Assembly (NCBI GenBank): GCA_963845065.1
Contig: CAWJQQ010000002.1
Span: forward strand, 537,035 to 601,034
DNA length: 64,000 nt
Origin: Nitrospirota bacterium
Lineage (GTDB): Bacteria; Nitrospirota; UBA9217
Reading direction: 5' to 3'
Below are positions 9,401-20,838 of this stretch, one piece after another. Made by a program: the position numbers and the translations under genes. Each line of letters starts with the position of its first letter. The first letter of the stretch is position 1. The notes beneath the pieces were generated by a model. It made no database searches. It was not told the DNA's origin and saw only the letters and a list, made by a program, of their open reading frames with translations.

Positions 9401-11575
9401 CTACATCAAATTCATCGGGTCAACATCCACGATCACCTTGCACTTCCTGCCATACTTCTCTTCTACAGCCTTTTTCCCTTCGCTAGCAAGCATCCTTATC
9501 TTATCACGCTGCCGCGACAGAAGAAGTAGTTGAAATCGGAATTGACCGCGTACACGGGCGATGGGCGCTGGAGCGGGTCCAAGGAGAATGGTATCTTTCC
9601 CCCGCATTAAGTGACGAATGCGGTTCTGTGCTATCGACGCCGCCTCCGACGCCTGAATTGCCTGCGGGCTTTTGACCTCAATCTTGATGATCCTGCCTAA
9701 GGGAGGATAGTGAAGTTCCCTACGAAAAACGATCTCTTCATCATAAAACCCCTCGTAATTGTGGGTCTGGCTATGTCGGATCGAATAGTGGTTCGGGTTC
9801 ATGGTCTGGATGACCACCTCGCCGCCCAATTCGCCCCTGCCCGCCCTGCCCGCTGCCTGGGTGATAAGCTGAAAGGTCTTTTCCGCAGACCGAAAGTCAG
9901 GCAAATTCAAACCCACGTCCGCATTAATAACGCCCACGAGCGTTACAGCGGGAAAGTCGTGGCCTTTTGCGATCATCTGCGTCCCGAGCAGTATATCCAC
10001 CTCACGTTGGTCCACTTGCCGCAATAACCGTTCGTAGGCATCTCTTCCCTTAACGGTATCGCTGTCCATGCGTTTTAACCTCGCATCAGGAAATAGCGTA
10101 TGCAGTTCTTCTTCGATCTTCTGTGTGCCAGAACCGATCAGTTTCAGTTCAATGCTCCGGCATGACGGACACGCATCCGGAGGCTGAGAAAAAAAGCCAC
10201 AGTAGTGGCACTTGAGCTTCCCTTCGCTCTTGTGAAAAGTGAGCGACACACTGCAGCTTGGGCATTTGACGGCTGTTCCGCAGTCCCGGCAGATGAGCAC
10301 CGATGAAAATCCCCGGCGGTTCAACAGCAGCAGCGTCTGCTCTTTCTTTTCAAGCCGTATCTTGATATCTTCGATAAGCCGTGGTGAATAGAGGTTATTT
10401 TTCGGGAGCGTCTTGATGTCGATGATCCGTACTTCAGGCATGGGACGATGGTCCACCCGGTTCGCCAGCCGAAGATAGCGATACTTTCCGGATTTCGCAT
10501 TATAAAAGCTTTCCAGGGACGGAGTGGCAGAGCCGAGCACAGCAATGGCATTCCCTAACTTGGCCCGCATGACCGCCACATCCCGCGCGTGATACCGGAG
10601 CCCCTCGTCCTGCTTATATGAATTTTCGTGCTCTTCATCAACGATGATAAGCCCGGCTTTGGCAAAAGGAGCAAAGACCGCGGACCGCGCACCGATGGCC
10701 ACGTCCACGTGGCCCGACTGGATGCGGCGATATTCGTCAGAGCGCTCTCGTTCAGTGAGGCCACTGTGCAGCACAGCCACGCGGTCACCGAAGCGGCCGC
10801 GAAACCTGTTCAGGAGCTGCGGCGTGAGCGCGATCTCAGGGACAAGCACGATGGTGCCCTTTCCGGTCTTGGCCAGGCTAGCAATAGCGCGAAGATAGAC
10901 CTCGGTCTTACCGCTGCCAGTGACGCCGTGAAGCAGAAAGACGGCGAAAGATTCATGGGAAACGGCTTCCTCAATTTTACCTACGGCATCTTCCTGTTCG
11001 GGCATAAGCTCGGGAGGCAATGTGGGCGGGATTTTTTTCTGTAGATCTACAGGTGATTCCCGTTCGACAACTTCGATATAACCTGATTGTGACAGTGATT
11101 TGATAGTTGCAGTTGAAAATCCCGTTAACACGTCTAGCGCCATCTCGCCCTGTTTCCCAAGCATGGTGAGCAAAGCAATCTGTTTTTTCCCCTTCACTCG
11201 CTCGCCATCTGAGACCGAAGCCGGCACGAGGTGAACGAATTTTTTCTTTTTCGGTTTCGTGCGACCCACCGCTTTCGGCACGACAGCTTCAATGGTCAGG
11301 CCAAGCGGGTGCAGGTAGTAGTCCGCCATCCAGCGCGAAAGAGCGAGGAGTTCAGGCGTGAGCGGGTTGTCGAGGATATTGATGATGAACTTGAGGCCTG
11401 CGACATCAGCCGTTTCCAAAAAACCGACGACCGTGCCAGTGATGCGTCTGCTGCCGAACGGAACGAGCACGCGGGTCCCGGGCGCGAGGCCAGCCTTCAT
11501 CTCTTCCGGGGCGCGATAGTGGAATGTTTTGTTTACGGAGACACCGACGGCTATATCAACGACGAGGTCGGTCAT
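9401..11575 (-). CDS. priA: Primosomal protein N'
   Basis: GVTGSGKTEVY, DEEHE, paired Cys clusters, GTQMIAKGHDF. Confidence 0.97.
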   Translation of the reverse strand: MTDLVVDIAVGVSVNKTFHYRAPEEMKAGLAPGTRVLVPFGSRRITGTVVGFLETADVAGLKFIINILDNPLTPELLALSRWMADYYLHPLGLTIEAVVPKAVGRTKPKKKKFVHLVPASVSDGERVKGKKQIALLTMLGKQGEMALDVLTGFSTATIKSLSQSGYIEVVERESPVDLQKKIPPTLPPELMPEQEDAVGKIEEAVSHESFAVFLLHGVTGSGKTEVYLRAIASLAKTGKGTIVLVPEIALTPQLLNRFRGRFGDRVAVLHSGLTERERSDEYRRIQSGHVDVAIGARSAVFAPFAKAGLIIVDEEHENSYKQDEGLRYHARDVAVMRAKLGNAIAVLGSATPSLESFYNAKSGKYRYLRLANRVDHRPMPEVRIIDIKTLPKNNLYSPRLIEDIKIRLEKKEQTLLLLNRRGFSSVLICRDCGTAVKCPSCSVSLTFHKSEGKLKCHYCGFFSQPPDACPSCRSIELKLIGSGTQKIEEELHTLFPDARLKRMDSDTVKGRDAYERLLRQVDQREVDILLGTQMIAKGHDFPAVTLVGVINADVGLNLPDFRSAEKTFQLITQAAGRAGRGELGGEVVIQTMNPNHYSIRHSQTHNYEGFYDEEIVFRRELHYPPLGRIIKIEVKSPQAIQASEAASIAQNRIRHLMRGKDTILLGPAPAPIARVRGQFRFQLLLLSRQRDKIRMLASEGKKAVEEKYGRKCKVIVDVDPMNLM

Positions 11576-11593
11576 GGGGTATGATCACGGGAG

Positions 11594-12145
11594 TCAGGAA
11601 TCAAGGGGCATGGATAATTTACTTGGCTTCTGATTTTTGTCCTCGGTCTTTTGCTGTTTTTCCGCAGGGGAGTCCTTCAGCGTCTTCGTTTCCTTGTTGT
11701 TCAGGATATCCTTCAGCTCGCTCATAAACTCGTTAATATCCCGGAACGAGCGGTAAACCGAGGCGAAGCGCACATAGGCCACTTCGTCGAGTCTGTGGAG
11801 ACGTTCCATCACTTCTTCGCCGATGGCCGTGCTCGGGATCTCCTTAAACCCTTTTTCCTGGAGCGCTTTCTCAATCTCATCGACGGTCTTCTCAAGGACA
11901 TCCAGGCTGATCGGCCGCTTTTCGCATGCCTTCTTGAGGCCGTTCAGGATCTTAACCCGGTCAAAAGGCTCTCGTCTGCCGTCCTTTTTTATGACCGAAG
12001 GCAGCACATCTTCGACGCGTTCATAGGTGGTGAACCTGCCCCCGCACCTGAGACATTCCCGCCTTCTACGGATGGAATCCCCTTCCTTTCCCATCCGTGA
12101 ATCGACGACCTTGTTGTCCATACTTGAGCAATGGGGACAGCGCAT
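11594..12145 (-). CDS. nrdR: Transcriptional repressor NrdR with repeat-derived C-terminal tail
   Basis: MRCPHC, RRRREC, ATP cone, [12 protein letters not shown]. Confidence 0.96.
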   Translation of the reverse strand: MRCPHCSSMDNKVVDSRMGKEGDSIRRRRECLRCGGRFTTYERVEDVLPSVIKKDGRREPFDRVKILNGLKKACEKRPISLDVLEKTVDEIEKALQEKGFKEIPSTAIGEEVMERLHRLDEVAYVRFASVYRSFRDINEFMSELKDILNNKETKTLKDSPAEKQQKTEDKNQKPSKLSMPLDS

Positions 12146-12193
12146 AGGTTCAGTTCATGGCTCATGTTTAAGGTTCAAAGCATCCGGCCAGAT

Positions 12194-12649
12194 TCACTTC
12201 TTGTACTGCGTGATCGTCAGCCCGGACTCCTTCAACATCTCGGCTGCGAGGGCATCAGGGTAGCCGTCTTCGAAGATAAGATGCTTGACGCCCGCGTTAA
12301 TAATCATCTTGGCGCAGATGCCGCAGGGCTGGTTCGTGCAATAGAGTGTTGAGCCTTCGATGTTCGTTCCGTGCTTGGCGGCCTGGATGATGGCGTTCTG
12401 TTCGGCGTGGAGCCCGCGGCAAATCTCGTGCCGCTCGCCGGAAGGGATGCCCAGCTGCTCACGCAGGCACCCGCGGTCCAAGCAGTGCGCAATGCCGGAC
12501 GGCGTGCCGTTGTAGCCCGTGGCAAGGATGTTTTTGTCTTTCACAAGCACGGCGCCCACTTGGCGGCGGAGACAGGTGGCGCGCTTCTTCACCAGGTGCG
12601 CAATTTCCATGAAATATTCATCCCACGCGGGGCGAGTGTGATTAGGCAT
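12194..12649 (-). CDS. Deoxycytidylate deaminase family protein (ComEB-like)
   Basis: [21 protein letters not shown]; start overlaps the glyA stop. Confidence 0.93.
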   Translation of the reverse strand: MPNHTRPAWDEYFMEIAHLVKKRATCLRRQVGAVLVKDKNILATGYNGTPSGIAHCLDRGCLREQLGIPSGERHEICRGLHAEQNAIIQAAKHGTNIEGSTLYCTNQPCGICAKMIINAGVKHLIFEDGYPDALAAEMLKESGLTITQYKK

Positions 12650-13895
12650 TGACTTTTTCCATCGCGAACATTGGGAACTTGCTGCAGAACGCCTTGACCC
12701 GCTCCTTAATTGCAGCAAGCTTTTCTGGAAAGTGACCGTTGGCAAGCGTTTCACAGATGAGATCGCCGACCACCTTCATGTCAGCCTCGCGCATGCCGCG
12801 CGTCGTCACGATTGGCGTGCCGAGTCTGATGCCACTCGTCGTTACAGGCGGCTTCTGGTCAAAGGGAATACTGTTCTTGTTGCATGTGATGCCCGCCGCA
12901 TCAAGCCAGGTTTCGGCGTCCTTGCCCGTGAGGTTTTTTGGAGTGAGATCCACGAGCATGAGATGGTTTTCCGTTGCGCCCGAAACAATGCGGAAACCGT
13001 CTGCCATCAGTCGCCTTGCCAAAGCCGCGGCGTTGTTCTTTACCTGGCGCTGGTAATCCTTGAACTCGGGAGCGAGCGCTTCCTTGAACGAGACTGCCTT
13101 GGCTGCTATCACGTGAACAAGGGGTCCTCCCTGAATGCCCGGAAAAATGACTTTGTCTATGGCTCTGCCGAATTTCTCTTTGCACATGATCATGCCACCG
13201 CGCGGGCCGCGCAAGGTCTTGTGCGTCGTCGTAGTAACGAAGTCGGCAACAGGCACGGGGTTCGGATGCTCACCCGCCGCGACCAGACCTGCGATGTGTG
13301 CAATATCGGCCGTGAGGTAGGCGCCTACCTTGTCCGCAATCTTCCGGAACCGGGCGAAATCGAGGATCCTCGAATAAGCGCTGTAGCCGCAGACGATCAT
13401 CTTGGGCTTGTGCTCAACAGCCAGCCGCTCAACCTCGCCGTAATCTAGGAGTTCTGTTATCTTGTCCACGCCGTAAGAAAAAGACTTGTAGAGCTGGCCC
13501 GAGAAGTTAACACTTGCCCCGTGGGTTAAATGTCCGCCATGTGGGAGCCCCATGCCGAGGATCGTGTCTCCTGGCTTGAGAACGCTGAAGTAGACGGCCA
13601 TGTTCGCCGAGGAACCAGAATGCGGCTGCACATTCACGTGCTCCGCCCCGAAGAGCTGCTTTGCCCGCTCAATTGCAAGCAACTCCACGGCGTCCGCGAA
13701 CTGACACCCGCCGTAGTAGCGGCGGTTAGGATAGCCTTCCGCGTATTTATTGGTAAAAACAGAGCCCTGCGCTTCAAGCACGGCATTGCTTACATAGTTT
13801 TCCGATGCGATGAGAACGATCTTAGAGAGCTCACGCTCCTCCTCGCCTTTGATTGCATTGTACACGTCGGGGTCCGTCTGGTTCAGTTCAGACAT
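12642..13895 (-). CDS. glyA: Serine hydroxymethyltransferase
   Basis: [27 protein letters not shown]. Confidence 0.98.
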   Translation of the reverse strand: MSELNQTDPDVYNAIKGEEERELSKIVLIASENYVSNAVLEAQGSVFTNKYAEGYPNRRYYGGCQFADAVELLAIERAKQLFGAEHVNVQPHSGSSANMAVYFSVLKPGDTILGMGLPHGGHLTHGASVNFSGQLYKSFSYGVDKITELLDYGEVERLAVEHKPKMIVCGYSAYSRILDFARFRKIADKVGAYLTADIAHIAGLVAAGEHPNPVPVADFVTTTTHKTLRGPRGGMIMCKEKFGRAIDKVIFPGIQGGPLVHVIAAKAVSFKEALAPEFKDYQRQVKNNAAALARRLMADGFRIVSGATENHLMLVDLTPKNLTGKDAETWLDAAGITCNKNSIPFDQKPPVTTSGIRLGTPIVTTRGMREADMKVVGDLICETLANGHFPEKLAAIKERVKAFCSKFPMFAMEKVNA

Positions 13896-14052
13896 TGCGT
13901 CATCCTTTGCGTGATTTTTCTATATTCCTAAGCTGTATAAACCGGAGTTAAAACCTTTAAACCGCCATTATTGTGAAAAAATGCATGCCACAAATATTTG
14001 AGCTTGCGAACTTCTTCAAGTTCTCCTAGCGTTCACGGTAGCTGGTTTTGAA

Positions 14053-14508
14053 TTATTTCATGCTGACGGATTTTTCAATATCTTTGATCTTGTCGAGCCG
14101 CTTCTGGTGCCTGCCGCCGGCGAAATCCGTATCGAGCCAAGTCTTCACGATCTCCAAAGCCACGCCCTTGCCAATGACCCGCTCGCCCATAACGAGGACG
14201 TTCGCGTCATTGTGCTCCCGGCTCATCTGCGCCGTGAAATGGTCGTGGCAGAGTGCAGCGCGCACGTTAGAGTAACGGTTCGCAACGATCGACATGCCAA
14301 TGCCGGTGCCGCAGATCAAAATGCCACGGTCCATCGTGCCTTTTGATACCGCCTCGGCTACCTTGGCGCCGAAATCCGGGTAGTCAACGGACTCCCTGCC
14401 TGCAGGCCCGAAATCGGAGACCTGGATATTGGCTACTGCCTTAATGAATTTGAGGATTTCTTCCTTAAGTTCAAAACCGCCATGGTCGCAGCCAATAGCC
14501 AATTTCAT
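14053..14508 (-). CDS. rpiB: Ribose 5-phosphate isomerase B
   Basis: GCDHGG, CGTGIGM, HNDANVL, GGRHQKR. Confidence 0.97.
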   Translation of the reverse strand: MKLAIGCDHGGFELKEEILKFIKAVANIQVSDFGPAGRESVDYPDFGAKVAEAVSKGTMDRGILICGTGIGMSIVANRYSNVRAALCHDHFTAQMSREHNDANVLVMGERVIGKGVALEIVKTWLDTDFAGGRHQKRLDKIKDIEKSVSMK

Positions 14509-14673
14509 GCACTGCCCACCTTTCCACAGAAGTTGATATTAACATCTCAACCGTTTTTGTGTCAAGGGAAATACCCGGGGAAAATCCTATCATCTGATAG
14601 CAGCAGGTTACGGCCTGCTTGATTTTGAAGGGCTTTTACTCGTCCTGAACGATGCGGCTGCATCTTCCGACGG

Positions 14674-14723
14674 TTAGAGGCCCCGCGTGAGAAACCCCAC
14701 ATGCTTTAGCGGTGGAAAAGCGC
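14674..14723 (+). repeat. Solo IS200/IS605-type left-end hairpin, copy 2
   Basis: TTAG(14674-77)-N14-AAAC-CCCACATGCTTTAGCGGTGG. Confidence 0.7.
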
Positions 14724-14985
14724 TAAACACATATAGTTAACAAATGTTTACTATTGCGATATCATAGAACCATGCTTTGCAACAGGGAAATAGTTCCTTG
14801 CTTTATTCTTTGACCCAAAAATATGGGGTACGGCAAGAAGGTTGAGTAAGACTTTTGATCGCTAGAACGTGAGACCAAAATGGTGGGGACGTCCAACCAT
14901 TGGAAGAGGAGCAGCAAGATTGTTGATGCTGACAGCATCTCCGTTCGCATTTCAGGATCACTCATGCCTTAGCGATGGAAGTACG

Positions 14986-15720
14986 TCAAAGATATTCATA
15001 CTTGATCATACTGAGAACTGCCATTGCTGCTGTCTCGGTACGGAGAATGTTCGGCCCCAGACTGACTTGATGGAAACCTTTGTCCTGCGCCGCCGTTGCT
15101 TCGGCTGATGAAAAGCCACCTTCAGGCCCGATGAGGACGATGATGTCTCGCACTTCAGGTTTCTGTCGCAAGATATTTTTTATAGGATCAGTCCCTTCTT
15201 CCCAGGGTAGGAGTAAAAGTGGCCGTGATCCAACATCTAGGGTTTCGATGAAATCCGAAAATGTCCTTAAGCCGGCCACCTGCGGAATATCGGTTCTGCT
15301 GCTCTGCATGGCCGCTTCCCTGGCGATCTTCTGCCACCGCACGATCCGTTTTTCTTCATTTTTTATCTTAATGACCGTTCGCGCAGTCACTATAGGGACG
15401 ATGCTCGAAACGCCGAGCTCCGTCGCTTTCTGAACAATGAAATCCATCTTATCCGCTTTCGGTAAGCCCTGCCCGAGAGTAATGCGAATGTTTGGAAGTT
15501 CCTTTTTCGACTGACTCACAATTTCTGTTTTGATTTCGGACCGACCAATATCAGCGATCTTCACTGTAAACTCAGACCCTTTGCCGTCGCACAGCAGGAG
15601 TTTGTCGCCGGCCTTCATGCGCATGACCATAGCGATATGGCGGACGTCCTCGCCAGCTATCATGATAGCTCTGCCGGAGACCTGGGTGGAGGATATGAAA
15701 AAACGAGGGAGTCTGGGCAT
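14986..15720 (-). CDS. rsmE: 16S rRNA m3U1498 methyltransferase
   Basis: QKATELGV, IGPEGGFS, SLGPNILRTETA. Confidence 0.96.
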   Translation of the reverse strand: MPRLPRFFISSTQVSGRAIMIAGEDVRHIAMVMRMKAGDKLLLCDGKGSEFTVKIADIGRSEIKTEIVSQSKKELPNIRITLGQGLPKADKMDFIVQKATELGVSSIVPIVTARTVIKIKNEEKRIVRWQKIAREAAMQSSRTDIPQVAGLRTFSDFIETLDVGSRPLLLLPWEEGTDPIKNILRQKPEVRDIIVLIGPEGGFSSAEATAAQDKGFHQVSLGPNILRTETAAMAVLSMIKYEYL

Positions 15721-15799
15721 ATGAAATGTTCAGAGTGATAAATGTGGAATTCTATGAAATGCAGCCTTTTTCTGCGTTCGTCGTGATAAAATCATTTTT

Positions 15800-17374
15800 T
15801 TAGCCCTTTGGCTTCTGCCCTTCTTGCTTACCTCTTTTGCCGCTTCTCCGCCCGCGACGCATCGGTCGTGCTTTGTGCCCTGCTCTTTTCTGCTTTTCCT
15901 TATCCTTGTTGATCTCTTCGCCGGCCGGGATCGGATTTGCCTTGATAAAATCCTTCCACCAAGATAGAAGCTCTTTGCGTTCGCCCGTGACCTCGCTTGT
16001 AAAGCGCAAATACTCAAAGGCGTCTTCAAAACCAGCCCGCCGCTGGAAGTAGCGAGGATGCCTTCCTTCCCGCTTCTCGAACCGGTGCTGGTTCCAGTAC
16101 ATATCGCGCATCGGCAAGCCGACCTTCCGGGGGATCATCACGCGCAGTGCATGCTCGGAAATAACCTCTGCTACTGCTTTCGTCATGGCGTCCAGCGCAT
16201 GGGATCCAGATCTCATTATTCCGGCAGCTTTCTCCTCGATATACTGGCCGAACATTAGGCCAAAAAGGATATGGGGCTCTACTCTCCGGCCTCCTTGCAC
16301 ATACGTATCGACCCATTCCAGAGCTTTTCCGATCCATATGTGCGGGAAGCCGCTTTCCTCGGTATCAACCCACTCATTGAGGTGCGGAAAGATCACACCA
16401 AAAAGCCCTGTCTTGCGCAGGAGTTGGTAGGTCTTTTCGCCTTCTCCGAGCAGGAAAAGCTTTAGTACTTCTTCGTACATGCGCGCGGGCGAGGCGAGCG
16501 CCACCTTTTCCTTCAACTCGAGTATGGCACCGTACGTTTTCTCTTCGATCTCGAACCCGAGCATGGCGGCAAAACGCACGGCACGCACCATACGCACCGG
16601 GTCCTCGGTAAATCGCACCAGGGGATCGCCGATGGTACGGATAAGCCCATTTTGCAGGTCCTGCATCCCTCCGACGTAATCGATGACCGAGAAATCAACA
16701 ATTGCATAAAAAAGCGCATTCACCGTGAAATCGCGTCTCAGCGCATCTTCTTCGGGCGTACCAAACACGTTGTCGCGCAGGATCATTCCGTCCTCAGTCT
16801 TAAGCATGCGCGGAGGACGGGGTTTGACTGAGACTGTGGACGAAGCCGCAATAGCGGGAGCTTCCGGAGATTCAATCGTTGAAGGCTGCATCGCACCTTG
16901 TCCAGGGAGCCCGAAGGAAGTCGGCTCTCCCTGTCCTGCTTGTTCGGGAACGATGACTGTCGTTTCTTGTTCAACAGGTACTTCCACTGCTTCTTCCAGA
17001 GCATTGGAGCGAAATGTCGCAACCTCGACAATTTCGTCGTGGAAGTGGATATGTGCCAGGCGAAAACGCTTTCCGATTAGCCGGCAGTTGCGGAAGATCT
17101 TCTTCACTTCATGCGGCTTGGCGTCCGTGGCAATGTCGAAGTCCTTCGGCTCGCGCCCAAGCAGGAGGTCGCGCACGCCTCCGCCGACGAGATATGCAAA
17201 GTATCCCTGTTCTTTCAGACGGTAGAGGACCCGGACTGCGTTGGGACTGATCCACTTGCGTGAGATGTCATGTTCAGAACGAGGGATGATCGTAGGTTGA
17301 ATAGGACTCACGAGCACGTATATTATCATATCCGGAGGGAAAAGGTAAAGAGAAGAGAATGTATTCGTGCTCAT
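15800..17374 (-). CDS. pcnB: Poly(A) polymerase I; the true start is probably about 20 codons downstream of 17374
   Basis: GGGVRDLLLG, KDFDIAT, PAP signature LIGKRFRLAHI, RRDFTVNAL, basic tail. Confidence 0.93.
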   Translation of the reverse strand: MSTNTFSSLYLFPPDMIIYVLVSPIQPTIIPRSEHDISRKWISPNAVRVLYRLKEQGYFAYLVGGGVRDLLLGREPKDFDIATDAKPHEVKKIFRNCRLIGKRFRLAHIHFHDEIVEVATFRSNALEEAVEVPVEQETTVIVPEQAGQGEPTSFGLPGQGAMQPSTIESPEAPAIAASSTVSVKPRPPRMLKTEDGMILRDNVFGTPEEDALRRDFTVNALFYAIVDFSVIDYVGGMQDLQNGLIRTIGDPLVRFTEDPVRMVRAVRFAAMLGFEIEEKTYGAILELKEKVALASPARMYEEVLKLFLLGEGEKTYQLLRKTGLFGVIFPHLNEWVDTEESGFPHIWIGKALEWVDTYVQGGRRVEPHILFGLMFGQYIEEKAAGIMRSGSHALDAMTKAVAEVISEHALRVMIPRKVGLPMRDMYWNQHRFEKREGRHPRYFQRRAGFEDAFEYLRFTSEVTGERKELLSWWKDFIKANPIPAGEEINKDKEKQKRAGHKARPMRRGRRSGKRGKQEGQKPKG

Positions 17375-17580
17375 GCTTTGGAATTTTTTTATCGAACCTT
17401 CTCAAAATTCCCATGGTTTTAACCTCGGGGAATAGTCAGGGATAAGAGTCTAATCTTAGCATCTCTATGGCGCCTTCCCGCTATTGCTCGATGCGCATCA
17501 TTGAATTCCATGGGTTTCAGCCCAAGCAAGACATCGGCGCAAAAGACCCCTAGGAAGTGGTCGAGGGCAATCTCGCAAAA

Positions 17581-17970
17581 ATACCTTCCCTGCCTCTTAG
17601 ATCGAAAAGACAAGCATGGGGTACAGACTCACGCTCTTTACTGCCGGACTAGTACGTCAGACAGGTTTAGTTTTGCAGAAGGATCCGAGGTGTAAACCGT
17701 TTCTCTGCACAGTTGGTTCAGGAAGGCCTGCCAAAAGAGAAGACAAAGAACAAGGTTTCCAACAATGCGGTTTCCCTGGACATCGGCCCATCGACCTGTG
17801 CGCCTTATACTCCTCTCTACGCCGATCTCCAGCAGTTCTGCAAGGTGCTTACTGGTACAGAAGAAAATCAGAGTACTGCAACGTACACTCGACCCGTCCA
17901 GAGGGGCAAACAACCAGAAAAACTACGTCATAGACGCACGGTCAGGAAAGGCGGCAAGAAGTGGGTTGCC
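17581..17970 (+). pseudogene. tnpB: Decayed tnpB fragment related to the 27.4-kb TnpB
   Basis: Across frameshifts: CLLDRKDKHGVQTHAL, SAQLVQEG, VSLDIGPST, KIRVLQRTLD. These align with CVFDKKDKFGVQAHAL, FAQLVLKG, VGLDIGPST, QIRVVQRKMA. Confidence 0.85.
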
Positions 17971-18167
17971 CGATCTGGAATGCAAGAACGCCTGCTGCGG
18001 GGAACCATGTTTTCGGAGACGCACCAGCGTTCAGCGCCGCCTCACGTCCTGTTCCCATCCCGACGCAAGCCTAGCGTCCGGTCCCCATCCCTTCCATCCT
18101 CATCGTACAACAGCCGGCCAAGCTATAAACAAAGACCGCAAGAAAAAGAAGGTGACATGATATCTGA

Positions 18168-18542
18168 TCATATATTCTCGACTCGTATGCTCCTTGCCCC
18201 TTTGGCATTTTTTAATACTGTTGCGTCACCAGTGATCCTTCCGACAATGTTCACGGCGCTGGCTGGCACGGGATCGCTGCCTTTGCTCATGGGTGTGGGG
18301 CCGAAAAAAATGGCAAGAGCATTTCCTGGCGGCCAGAATCCGATTTCCCCTACTTTCACACGTGTAGTTGCGGTATCATCCAGAGGTGTCTTCACCGGGA
18401 TCTCGAAATAGAACTCATCCCCCCACACGTCCGGCCTTGTCTCGAAAGGAAGTACGCTGGCAATCGCTGTCGCACAAGGGGTATCAAATAGCTCGGCATC
18501 CAGAGAGATATTGTTAATAATGATCTTTATTCGTGTCGGCAT
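18168..18542 (-). CDS. Cyclophilin-like fold protein
   Basis: WGDEFYF, GEIGFWPPGNALAIFFGPTP. Confidence 0.85.
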   Translation of the reverse strand: MPTRIKIIINNISLDAELFDTPCATAIASVLPFETRPDVWGDEFYFEIPVKTPLDDTATTRVKVGEIGFWPPGNALAIFFGPTPMSKGSDPVPASAVNIVGRITGDATVLKNAKGARSIRVENI

Positions 18543-18677
18543 AAGGGCGTCTTTCCTTTGGTCTGGTGAGTATAATTACAAAATTAACTATGTTCCGCTT
18601 TAGAGATTGAATAGGCCGTAAGCATTCGCTTTCTACCTATTCCACTTCTCACCGGGAGAGGTTAGGGGAGGTGCCTT

Positions 18678-20285
18678 TTAAAACAAACCCATTTGTTTGT
18701 CTGGCTCTTTCCTTTTTTTTACTTTATCCGGCACGGTAATGCTTTTAATGAGATTATCAGGAATTTCCGTAAGAAATGGCGAAGGTAATGGCAAAAGCCG
18801 TTGGCCAAATAGGAAACGGCTGCGAACATGAAGCAGGAAAAGCTCTTCCTTTGCGCGGGTCATTCCCACGTAGAAGAGCCGCCGTTCCTCCTCGATGTCT
18901 ATATTTTTCTTAGTTATGGTAAAGGGCAAGAGGCCGTCCTCAACTCCAGTAATGAACACTACCTTGAATTCGAGCCCTTTTGCGGTGTGCATCGTCGTGA
19001 GCGTTACTGCGTTAGCACGTGGATCAAAAAAATCAGCAGGGGTGAGCAGCTTTGTTTCGCGTGTAGTGGACTGTCCGAGCCCTGCCACATCAGGATTGAT
19101 CAGCGAATGAAGATAGGCAATGGTCTTATCCAGTGCCTTTGACTGTAAGCTGCTCTTGCGTCCTATTACCTGATAGGGAATTCCCGATGCGCTGAATGAT
19201 TCCTCGATGGCCTTTGCCTGAGCATTCGTCCGATAGACCACAGCGAAGTCGGAAAAGCAGAATGAATCAGAGGGTCTGTCCCTATCCCGACCGGACCGTG
19301 ACATCTGGTAGTGGCTCGTGCCGCCGATCCTCGCCTCGATCTCCTGAACAATAACCTCGCCCTCGGTACGCTCATCCGGAAGAGAAAAGACGGCGATGTT
19401 ACTGCCATGACCCAGCATCGGAATTACGTTTTTTTTGATTCGCTTTTGATTGTTACTGATTACACTGTTCGAAGCTGAGAGAATGACAGCGGATGACCGG
19501 TAATTCTCTGTAAGAGCGACCGCCTTGGAGCTATTAAAATCCTTGTCGAAGTTCAGAAAACAGCTTGCATTAGCGCCGCGAAAACCGTAGATCGCCTGGT
19601 CGGAGTCGCCGATTGCGCAAATACTGTGGCTCTTCTGAGAGAGAAGCCTGATCAGGCGGTACTGCGTAGGGTTGATGTCCTGGTACTCATCAACCATGAT
19701 GTGGGAAAATTTACTAAGGAAAGCGGTCGAGGAACTCTGCTCGAGGATTGTAAGGGGAGTACGGATGAGGTCGTCAAAATCGACAGCATGATTGTTCTTG
19801 AGCATTGTTTCATAGGCTTCGAAAGGTCCTTTACTGTTTTCATCGAGTGGATCAACAAAGTTCTTGATTCTTGAAATATTCTCCATAAGATCGTGAGCGC
19901 TTGTTCCGGTCTTCTTCGAGAGTGTTTTAAGCAGTTCAACCTGCTCTCCTCTATTGTAAACGGTGAAGTCTGTTGAGGATAATTCCTTGAGAATAGTAAG
20001 CCCCAGTAAGTGGAGCGTACCAATAAATATTCTCGATACAGCATTCCCCAGTAGTGTCTCAGCGCGCTCCCGCATCTCCCGTGCGGCCCGGTTTGTAAAT
20101 GTCACGGCAAGAATGCTGTCCGGATTTACACCATGGGAGATGAGCCAGGCGATCCTGTGGACTATGGTCAACGTCTTGCCCGTCCCAGGTCCGGCAACGA
20201 TCAGGAGCGGGCCGTCAATTGTCGTCGCGGCCCTTATCTGCGAATCATTCAGCCCATCGAGGATGGGGGATGTGTTCGAGCTCAT
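18678..20285 (-). CDS. UvrD/PcrA-like SF1 helicase with a greatly shortened 2B region
   Basis: AGPGTGKT, TFTNRAA, DEYQD, GDSDQAIYGFRGA, HTAKGLEF, EEERRLFYVGMTRA. Confidence 0.92.
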   Translation of the reverse strand: MSSNTSPILDGLNDSQIRAATTIDGPLLIVAGPGTGKTLTIVHRIAWLISHGVNPDSILAVTFTNRAAREMRERAETLLGNAVSRIFIGTLHLLGLTILKELSSTDFTVYNRGEQVELLKTLSKKTGTSAHDLMENISRIKNFVDPLDENSKGPFEAYETMLKNNHAVDFDDLIRTPLTILEQSSSTAFLSKFSHIMVDEYQDINPTQYRLIRLLSQKSHSICAIGDSDQAIYGFRGANASCFLNFDKDFNSSKAVALTENYRSSAVILSASNSVISNNQKRIKKNVIPMLGHGSNIAVFSLPDERTEGEVIVQEIEARIGGTSHYQMSRSGRDRDRPSDSFCFSDFAVVYRTNAQAKAIEESFSASGIPYQVIGRKSSLQSKALDKTIAYLHSLINPDVAGLGQSTTRETKLLTPADFFDPRANAVTLTTMHTAKGLEFKVVFITGVEDGLLPFTITKKNIDIEEERRLFYVGMTRAKEELFLLHVRSRFLFGQRLLPLPSPFLTEIPDNLIKSITVPDKVKKRKEPDKQMGLF

Positions 20286-20629
20286 AAGTGCTTACGGCTA
20301 TTGTCAATCATGATTTTATAAGCAGTAAAACTCTGCCTTATGTACTATCCCGGCATGGCATGATCGCCGACATTGAATGTGAAATTTATTGCTTTAAATT
20401 AGGATTTTCGGTAAGTGTAGAGGTAATCTCGAAGCGATAGTCTGGGGCCCCATCCGAGCCCATCTGCTGCGACAATTATTGGTCGTTTGCGATCTCTATA
20501 TTCGCAATTTGCTGTTCGATCTTCTGCAGATTGATATGAGGTAACTCTGCCTTAACGCCGTCTCCTTGAGGAGAGGTCACCTCAAAATCCTCTACGGTCT
20601 TATTTAGTGCGCTGATCAAATTATTGATG

Positions 20630-20824
20630 TCATTTTTGATCGATTTTATTGCCTCGGATCAGAATGTCAATACCGATGGCCGGATCCATCTCAGCATGCC
20701 AGCTATAGTAATTATTATAGACAACAGACTCGTTGTTCCTGAGCACGGACATAATGATGAAAATAGCGCCGATGAACGCAAAGGTCAACATGAAAGCGAC
20801 GACCATTTTTTTGCAGTAGGCCAT
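20630..20824 (-). CDS. Small hypothetical single-TM protein
   Basis: 64-aa ORF with a hydrophobic N-terminus, starting 14 nt after the EndoQ stop. Confidence 0.35.
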   Translation of the reverse strand: MAYCKKMVVAFMLTFAFIGAIFIIMSVLRNNESVVYNNYYSWHAEMDPAIGIDILIRGNKIDQK

Positions 20825-20838
20825 TCGCCCACCTAAGA

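Noticed and set aside
17713..18411. 232-aa plus-strand ORF
   Set aside because: Chimera of the tnpB relic and antisense read-through of the cyclophilin-like gene
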